A program made the position numbers and the translations under genes. Positions 63,220 through 64,000 of a stretch of DNA of 64,000 nt are shown piece by piece. The notes beneath the pieces were generated by a model. It had not been told where the DNA came from and made no database searches. It saw only the letters and a list, made by a program, of their open reading frames with translations. This stretch comes from Candidatus Liptonbacteria bacterium (lineage in GTDB: Bacteria > Patescibacteriota > Minisyncoccia > UBA6257 > 2-01-FULL-56-20): contig JACQBP010000010.1 in assembly GCA_016194445.1 (NCBI GenBank), positions 75-64,074 on the forward strand, read 5' to 3'. Numbering within the stretch: the stretch's first letter is position 1; each line of letters opens with the position of its first letter.

Positions 63220-64000
63220 ATGGCTAAAAAAAATAATTTAAAAATTCCCCCGAGCAATCTTGAAGCCGAACAGTCAGTTTTGGGCGCGATCTTGATTGAT
63301 AAAGAGGCCATGGTCAAAGTGGCCGATCTTTTGGTGCCAGAAGATTTTTACCAACCAGCAAACGGGAAGATTTTTGAAGTGATAGTGGAACTTTTTGAGC
63401 GGCACCAGCCGATTGATGTTTTAAGCGTGGCCAATCTTCTCACCGAAAAAGGAATCTTGAAAGCAGTGGGTGGGTCGGGATATCTAGCGGATTTGACTAA
63501 TCAGGTGCCGACGTCTTCGCACGTGGCTAACTACGCGAAAATTGTGAAGGAAAAAAAGATTTTGAGAGATCTGATCCGAGCTTCGGCGGATATCACGGAA
63601 GATGTTTTTGGGCAAGAGGGCGAAGTGGAGGATTTACTGGACGCGGTGGAGCAAAGAATCATTGGAATTTCGCAGCGATCAATGCCGCAAAATTTGGTCC
63701 AAATTAAGGATGAACTCAAAAGCGCGTACGAAAGAATTGAAAAACTGCATCGAGGCGATGGAGCTCTCCGAGGGGTGCCGACTGGGTTTGAGGGACTGGA
63801 TAATTTACTGTCTGGGTTACAAAAGTCAGACCTGGTGGTTTTAGGGGCTCGACCTTCTTTAGGAAAAACTTCTTTGGCGTTAGACATTGCCCGGCACGCC
63901 GCTTTAAAAGGACAAGTGCCGGTGGGTTTGTTTTCACTTGAAATGTCTCGGGAGCAGGTAATCGATCGTTTGATTTCTTCGGAATCGCAAGTTCCCCTTT
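63220..64000 (+). CDS. dnaB: replicative DNA helicase DnaB (3' truncated by the window end)
   Basis: N-terminal PPSNLEAEQSVLGAIL and GFEGLDNLLSGLQKSDLVVLGARPSLGKTSLAL (Walker A) motifs. The ORF runs off the window. Confidence 0.85.
   Translation, partial: MAKKNNLKIPPSNLEAEQSVLGAILIDKEAMVKVADLLVPEDFYQPANGKIFEVIVELFERHQPIDVLSVANLLTEKGILKAVGGSGYLADLTNQVPTSSHVANYAKIVKEKKILRDLIRASADITEDVFGQEGEVEDLLDAVEQRIIGISQRSMPQNLVQIKDELKSAYERIEKLHRGDGALRGVPTGFEGLDNLLSGLQKSDLVVLGARPSLGKTSLALDIARHAALKGQVPVGLFSLEMSREQVIDRLISSESQVPL

Overview
This 64 kb window looks like part of a small, gene-dense bacterial chromosome. It uses the standard genetic code, and the gene content and style suggest a CPR/Patescibacteria-like organism. 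Recognisable sigma70-type -35/-10 promoter pairs are present, several of which imply leaderless or near-leaderless starts.

Housekeeping genes seen: cutA, an M17 leucyl aminopeptidase, trmD, a split comEC, ftsW, murG, gltX, an M23 peptidase, murC, rpmA, rplI, a C-terminal processing protease, def, fmt, a fused secDF, hrcA-grpE-dnaK-(membrane protein)-dnaJ, tRNA-Lys(UUU), corA, cysS, and the 5' part of dnaB.

Accessory content, in window order:
- A 5'-truncated giant repetitive surface protein of more than 1690 codons. It has an internal module duplication and an apparently out-of-frame segment of about 540 nt that leaves the long ORF open.
- A secreted dockerin-bearing protein followed by two membrane-anchored cohesin-like proteins.
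- A YhbQ-type GIY-YIG minigene bounded by perfect 19-bp terminal inverted repeats, plus a 127-bp gene-less derivative of it. Both copies sit exactly at ATG start codons.
- Two paralogous FtsK/HerA/VirD4-superfamily ATPases. One lies in an apparent operon with two membrane proteins and a sigma-70 region-4 protein, driven by three tandem consensus promoters.
- A free-standing I-CreI-like LAGLIDADG endonuclease next to a PD-(D/E)XK nuclease.
- A 590-aa cysteine-rich protein of unknown function.
- A YoeB/RelE-type toxin-antitoxin cassette integrated into the 3' end of a glycosyltransferase gene. It is bracketed by a 32-bp direct repeat and has regenerated the gene's C-terminus.
- A mannoside-type glycan locus: a GH130 protein, a GT4 fusion protein, a GH125-like protein, a PIG-L deacetylase and a GT4 enzyme.
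- A tightly coupled operon of five paralogous minigenes of 66-75 aa, each carrying a RanBP2/NZF-type zinc finger (W-x-C-x2-4-C-x3-N-x6-C-x2-C). This looks the most novel item.
- Short heptanucleotide tandem repeats of 3-5 copies (AGGTKTY, GATCGAG, GGAAGTA, GAATTTA), both intergenic and inside conserved genes (murC, secDF, the fmt 3' end).
- Several conserved palindromes and stem-loops shared between distant loci.

No CRISPR array or rRNA gene is visible.
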